Shown: positions 10,303-16,374 of the stretch, one piece after another
Position numbering within the stretch: position 1 is the first letter of the stretch
Layout: every line of letters starts with the position of its first letter
NCBI GenBank assembly: GCA_051294375.1
Contig: CM119270.1
Span: 6,627,279-6,643,652, forward strand
DNA: 16,374 bases
Direction of reading: 5' to 3'
Origin: Paraspadella gotoi
Lineage: Eukaryota; Animalia; Chaetognatha
The notes under the pieces: model-generated
The model's input: only the letters and a program-made list of their open reading frames with translations
The model's database searches: none
Told to the model about the DNA's origin: nothing
Made by a program: the position numbers and the translations under genes

Positions 10303-10487
10303 AATGCTGTTGTTCGCTTTTCCTCCCCGCGGCTGCGATACAAACGTCTCTCTTCTTGATAACAATTCGAGCGGCGNNNNNNNNNNNNNNNNNNNNNNNN
10401 NNNNNNNNNNNNNNNNNNNNNNNNNNAGAGGGGAGAGGGAGAGGGAGGACAAGGGAGGATGCGTCGACGAGAGGGGGACGGAGAGGA

Positions 10488-10529
<42 letters not shown>

Positions 10530-12075
10530 TAGTTTGAGGAAAATGCTGGGTAATGTGATGAGAGAGACGGAGGTTGGGGCTGAAAATTCAAAACGGATTA
10601 CATGTTTATATTTTTAAATATGAAAATTTGCAAATTACTTGTTTCACTATTTTCTATTTTTATATTTTATGAAGGATTTAGTATTTAATCTTATTATTTA
10701 ATCAAATATATATTGCTTTCTTTCTTAAAAATGTTTTATTTATCTAATAATTCAATTTGGGAAGGGGAAGTCAGTGTTGTCTTCTGGAAATAGAGGGAGC
10801 ATCTATACAACACAAGGTTAGATTACTATCTGTCCTAGTTTTCTAATAGATATCACACATCATTTCTGTAAGAAAGTCATTAATGAAAAATCATAATATC
10901 TAAGAGGCTGAACAGAAAGGGGTGGGAATGGATAATTTTTTGAGGGGTGACCAAAGTTATATATGATTTTTTTTACCAATAGGGATAAGACTACCATGTA
11001 GAATTGTATGTTCTGATAGGGATTCGAGTAAGTCTAATCAAAAGAAAATAAATTGTAATTTTACCACTTAAAGCCTAGCCCTCGTTAAGATATTTTTACA
11101 TCTATAGTTTTTGATGAGAGTCGGCGATGATATTAAATGTTTTCAATCTACGATCTACGATCTACTAATATATAGATTTTTTTAATTAATTTAATTCTAA
11201 TACATAAACTGATGGATGGTCGCGGACATGAAGTAGGACATTGCAATGTGTTTACCCCGCCTTTAAGCATGTAACCTTCGGTCGAGACCCGGTGGCTTAT
11301 TGAGTAATACCACAAGGATATGTAATACGATTGAATCAGCACTAAAATAGGCTGACAAAACGTAGAAAGACAAACTGACTGACCGACACCGACGTTGGAG
11401 CAAAGGAGAGAACGAAAGACACAGAGACAGAGAGAGACAAAAAGTTTGTGTTGCTTTCTCTCTTTCTCTCTCTTCTCTCTCTCTCTCTCTCTCTTCTCTC
11501 CGGACCGCCGGGCGTTTTCGTTCAGGTGTCGGTGGAGAGGAAATGCGATTTTTGTTGTCGGGATGGCGGGTCGCGTGTGCGGCACGAACATTTTTAGAGA
11601 TTAGATGGCCTGAGGCTTAGAGTGGAGCGGCATGGAGATAGAGGGTTGGGGAGGGAAGGGAGGAAAGAGGAGCAGAGAGAGGAGGGGATGGGTGGAGGAA
11701 AAAGGAAGAGAGGGAGGACAGGGGAGGAACTGGAGGAGCGGAGAGCAGGAGAAGAGGAGAGGAGGAGATGGAGCGGATGAAGAAAGGAGGAAGAATGAAG
11801 GAAGAGGAGGCTGGAGAAAAGGGCAGAGGAAAGGGGGAGGGAGGAAGGGAGGAAATATGAAGTTTGAGAGAGGAAGGGAGGGAGAAGAGGAGAATCGAGG
11901 TCCAGAGCGGAAGAGAGGAGAACAAGAAGGGAAGAAATAGGAAGTTTGAGATGCGAAAAAGGTGGGAGGGAGGAAAGGAGCGATGCAAGTGGAAGAGACT
12001 GAGCGGAAAAAGAGAGGAAAAGAATTGAGAAAAGTTTAAAAGGGAATTTAGCGGAGAAAAAGGAAAGAAGGAAGG
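10303..12075 (+). repeat. ~1.8-kb direct duplication, copy A
   Basis: Colinear with 12113-13896 from aatgctgttgttcgcttttcc to the gaaaaagg..aaga.ggaagg end. Confidence 0.95.
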
Positions 12076-12112
12076 NNNNNNNNNNNNNNNNNNNNNNNNN
12101 AGAGAGATGATG

Positions 12113-12202
12113 AATGCTGTTGTTCGCTTTTCCCCCCGCGGCTGCGAACAAACGTCTCTCTCTTGATAACAATTCGAGCGGCGGTGAGAAAAAAAAAGAC
12201 CC

Positions 12203-12287
<85 letters not shown>

Positions 12288-13209
12288 AGTTTGAGGAAAA
12301 TGCTGGTAAGGTGTGATGAGAGAGAGTAGGGGTTGGGGGCGAAAATCAGAGGGAGGAGCGGATTACATTTTATATTATAGATATGAAAATTTGCAAATTA
12401 ACTTTGTTTCAACTAATTTTCTATTTTTATATTTTATAAGGATTAGTATTTAATCTTATATTTAATGCAAATATATATTGCTTTCTTTCTTAAAAATGTT
12501 TATTTATCTAATAATTCAATTTGGAAAGGGGAAGTCAGTGTTGTCTCATGGAAATAGAGGGACATCTATCACACAAGGTTAGATACCTATTCCGAGTTAT
12601 TCTTATAGAATCACACAGTCATTCTGTAGAAGCATTAATGAAAAATCATAATATCTCAGAGGCTGACAGAAAGGGGTGGGAAATGGATAATTTTAAGGGG
12701 TGACCTAAGTTTATATATGATTTTTTTTGACAATAGGGATAAGACTACCATGTAGAATTGTTATGTTCTGATAGGGATTCGAGTAAGTCTAATCAAAAGA
12801 AAATAAAATTAATTTTACCACTTAAAGCCTAGCCCTCGTTAAGATATTTTACTATCTATAGTTTTTGGATGAGAGTCGGCGATGATCATAAATGTTTTCA
12901 ATCTACGATCCTACGATCTAACTAATATATTAGATTTTTTAATTAATTTAATTCAATACATAAACTGATGGATGTTTCGCGGACTATGAAGTAGGACATT
13001 GCAATGTGTTTACCCCGCCTTTAACATGTAAACCTCGGTCGAGACGCCGTGGCTTATCTGAGTAATACGCACAAGGCATATGTAATGACGATTGAATCAG
13101 CCTAAAAAGCGCAAAACGTAGAAAGACTAAACTGACTGACCGACACCGACGTTGGAAGCAAAGGAGAGAACGAAAGACACAGAGACAGAGAGAGACAAAT
13201 GTTTGTGTG

Positions 13210-13272
<63 letters not shown>

Positions 13273-13896
13273 TCTCTCTCTCTCTCTCATTCTCTCTCTC
13301 TCTCTTCTCTCTCTCTCCTCTCTCTCTCTCCTTATCTCCCGACCGCCCGGCGTCTTCGGTGTCGTGGAGAGAAATGAAGATTTTGTTGGTCGGGATGGCG
13401 GGTCGCGTGTCGCGAACATTTAGAAGATAATGGCCGAGGCTAGATGGAAGCGATGGAGAAGAGGGGTGGGAAGGAAGGGAGGAAAGAGAGCAGAGAGAGG
13501 AGGGGATGGGGTGGAGGAAGAAGGAGAGAGGGAGAAGGGAGGAAAATGAAAGGAGCGGAGAGAGGAAGAAGAGGAGGAGATGGAGCGGATGAAGACAAGG
13601 AGGAAGAATGAGAAGAAGGAGGCTGGAGAAAGGGGCAAGAGAAAGAGGGGAGGGAGAGAAGGGAGGAAAATATGAAGTTTGAGAGAGGAAGGGAAGGGAG
13701 AAGAGGAGAATCTGAGGTCCACAGAGGCGGAAGAGACGAGAAACATTAGAAGGGAAGAAATAGGAAGTTGAGATGCGAAAAATGGTGGGGAGGGAGGAAA
13801 GGAGCGACTGCAAGTGGAAGAGACTGACGCGAAAAAAGAGAAAAGAATTGAGAAAAGTTTAAAAGGGATTTAGCGAGAAAAAGGTAAAGAGGAAGG
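12113..13896 (+). repeat. ~1.8-kb direct duplication, copy B (likely assembly artefact)
   Basis: Begins 12 nt after a 25-N gap (12076-12100). Differs from copy A mostly by scattered single-base indels. Confidence 0.95.
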
Positions 13897-13975
13897 AAAA
13901 GGAAGAAGGAAGGAGGAAAAAGTCGGAAAAGTGGACAAGGAGTAAAGAAAATTTTAGGAGGATCGAGGGAGAGAG

Positions 13976-14008
<33 letters not shown>

Positions 14009-14212
14009 TGAGAAGAGAGAGCGAAGAGAGAGAGAGTGAAGTGAGAGGTTGAGAGAGGGAAAGAGTCGAAAAGGAGAGGTTAAAACGCATTAGCATAAAT
14101 GGAGCAGAGAGGAAGGAAATGGGAGAAAGAATGAGACGGGAGAGAAAGATTAGAAATTTTAGAGTGGGCCTTTGGTTGAGTAAAGGATGGGTGAAGATTC
14201 TTGAGAAAAACA

Positions 14213-14443
14213 AGACAGGTAGGGGAAAGAGAGAAGAAAATAGAAAAGAAAGGTATGAGAATAGAGACAGGTAGGGGAAAGATGAGAAGAAATGAAATAA
14301 TAAAAGAAAGAAATTAAAAAAGAGACAGGTCGGGAAGAGAGAATGAAAAGGAAAAAAATAAAAGAAAGAGATTGGCAATAAAGAGACAGGTCGGGGAAGA
14401 GAGAGAGAAGGGAAAATTATAAAGAAAGAAGTTTGGAATACAG
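14213..14443. repeat. Purine-rich minisatellite, ~52-61-nt unit starting AGACAGGT(A/C)GGGGAA, four copies
   Basis: Unit heads at about 14213, 14265, 14323 and 14384. Two units recur at about 16031 and 16089. Confidence 0.85.
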
Positions 14444-14673
14444 AAAGAACGAAAGAACAAAGATTCGAGGCGGGTACAATTTAGGGCGGGAGAAATCGTG
14501 CCATCGAAGAAATATGGCGCAGTAAGGCTTCGGAGTCAAATAGAGGTAGAAATTGAATGAAGGAAGGTAAGCTCAGACAGGGGGAGATAAATATAAGGAA
14601 GGTCCGGAGAGAGGCCGAGGAGACGAAAATGTATTAAGGAAAATAGAAAAAATAAATTTAAGAATAAAAAAAA
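14300..14673 (+). repeat. Second direct duplication, copy C
   Basis: Colinear with 16008-16374. Confidence 0.9.
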
Positions 14674-14818
14674 AAAAGAAGTTCGTTTATTATTATTTGT
14701 ATCAACAGTTTAAAGGGAACCTATTGGCAGAAAAAGACGTCTTCAAATTAAAAAGAGACATACAAGGAATAAAGCAATTGTGGAGCTAACATTTCGTCAT
14801 AACATAGAAAAAACAAAG

Positions 14819-14887
14819 GGGAGAGAAGAGAGAGAGAAGAGTAAAGAGAAGAGAGAGAAAGAGATAGAGAGAGAGAAAAAGAGAGAT

Positions 14888-14928
<41 letters not shown>

Positions 14929-14985
14929 AAGAAAGATGAGAGAGAGAGAGAGAGAGAAGAGAAGGAGAGAGAGAAAGAGAAAGAC
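14819..14985. repeat. Imperfect (GA)n / polypurine tract
   Basis: GA repeat broken by single-base slips. Confidence 0.9.
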
Positions 14986-15269
14986 ATAAAGGCGACAGAA
15001 GAAGGAGAAAGGGGATTATATAGATCTTCACAGTTGAAAGATGGCGGTAGAGAGAATGAGGAGGAGGAAGAGCAGGAAGAGGGGAGGAAGAGAGGAGTAA
15101 GATTTTGATTTTCATGCTTGGAGAGCTTAAGCTGAATCTTGTTCATATTCAGTCACTTTGGTTGAGTGGTGTGTTTTTTTTTTTTTTCTATTGTAAAAAA
15201 CTTTGTTCGCGAACATTTTGTTGGTAGTTACCTTTTTTTACCTTTTTTTAAATTTTTTATCGTCTATGC

Positions 15270-15372
15270 TTCGTTCGTTCATTCGTTCGTCCGTATTTTG
15301 CTTAGTACGTTCGTTTCTTCGATCATCTGTTCATCAGTTCATTCGTTCATTTGTTCAATCGTTCGTTCGTTC
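15270..15372. repeat. Degenerate (TTCG/TTCA)n tetranucleotide repeat
   Basis: ttcgttcgttcattcgttcg...gttcgttcgttc. Confidence 0.85.
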
Positions 15373-16007
15373 CTTTGCAAAGACTTCTCGACCACAGCTG
15401 TCGAAGATTTTAAAGGTCAAATCCCACGAGAGACGTTTTGAGTTGAAAGAAGTTCACGCGGTCTCGCATTCTTAATGTATCACAGTCAAAACAGTCACGT
15501 TTGACATTGTAGTATCACAGTCAAAAAGCTCTGCCTAATAAACTGGAATAAGGTTCTCATAGGAAAAAAAAACTTTGGCTATGCGAATAAATTGAAATGA
15601 ATTTCCGATTGGCTTCAGTCATAAATACGTAAAACCTTCGCTCAATGAACGGAAATAAATTTCCGATTGGCTTCCATCCCTTTGCGTTTGAAAGGATCAG
15701 AAGGACCTTCGATTTTAAATCGAATCAGCAAAAGGATGTAAAGGATGTTATAAACACAATGTGAAAATAAGAAGGCCAAAACTTAAGCGTATAAAATTAG
15801 GGACTATTCGCTAAGAAAGTGATAAAGTAAATTCATGACAAAGACATTTTATGAAAAATTAGGTTTTAGAAATTATCTAATCCTTAGAATCATCGGGATT
15901 AAATCATTTACCACGAAATCTACTAAATGTTGTAGTTTTTAATAAAGGCTGAAAAAAGCCCCATTTTGACTTTTATATGAGCCTTTTTTTTTCTCGNNNN
16001 NNNNNNT

Positions 16008-16374
16008 ATAAAAGAAAGAAATTAAAATAGAGACAGGTCGGGGAAGAGAGAAGAAAAGGAAAAAAATAAAAGAAAGAGATTGCAATAGAGACAGGTCGGG
16101 GAAGAGAGAAGAGAAGGAAAATTTAAAAGAAAGAAGTTGGAATACAGAAAGAACGAAAGAACAAAGATTTCGAGCGGAAAATTTAGGGTCGGGAGAAATC
16201 GGTGCCATCGAAGAAATATGGCGCCAGGTAAGGCTTCGGAGGTTCAATAGAGTAGAATGATGAAGGAAGGTAAGCTCAGACAGGGAGATAAATAAAGGAA
16301 GGTCCTGGAGAGAGGCCGAGGAGAGGAAAATGTATTAGGAAAATAGGAAAAAATAAATTTAAGAATAAAAAAAA
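16008..16374 (+). repeat. Second direct duplication, copy D (runs off the window; likely assembly artefact)
   Basis: Starts right after the 10-N gap (15997-16006); indel-dominated differences from copy C. Confidence 0.9.

Noticed and set aside
14213-14443. Regularly spaced AGACAGGT(A/C)GGGGAA heads resembling a CRISPR array
   Set aside because: The intervening sequences are similar to each other, so this is a minisatellite; the context is eukaryotic and there are no cas genes.

Overview
Eukaryotic, probably invertebrate, draft-assembly sequence: AT-rich, apparently not CpG-depleted, dense in microsatellites, with six N gaps. Essentially all ORFs in the supplied track are low-complexity read-through of simple repeats. 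Two real signals lie outside that track. (1) A + strand terminal coding exon at 8038-8204 (polypyrimidine tract, CAG acceptor, 54 full codons, TGA), whose peptide resembles the C-terminus of the EF-hand-like protein C1orf87 as I recall it. (2) A minus-strand minimal type I hammerhead ribozyme motif at 9351-9410, of the kind associated with Penelope-like retroelements. It sits at the apex of a ~155-nt imperfect fold-back about 1.15 kb downstream of the stop codon. The right half holds two apparent direct duplications (10303-12075/12113-13896 and 14300-14673/16008-16374). Each restarts just after an N gap and differs from its partner mainly by 1-nt indels, so they are most likely long-read gap-filling artefacts. 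I found no prokaryotic-type system, CRISPR array, tRNA or rRNA.
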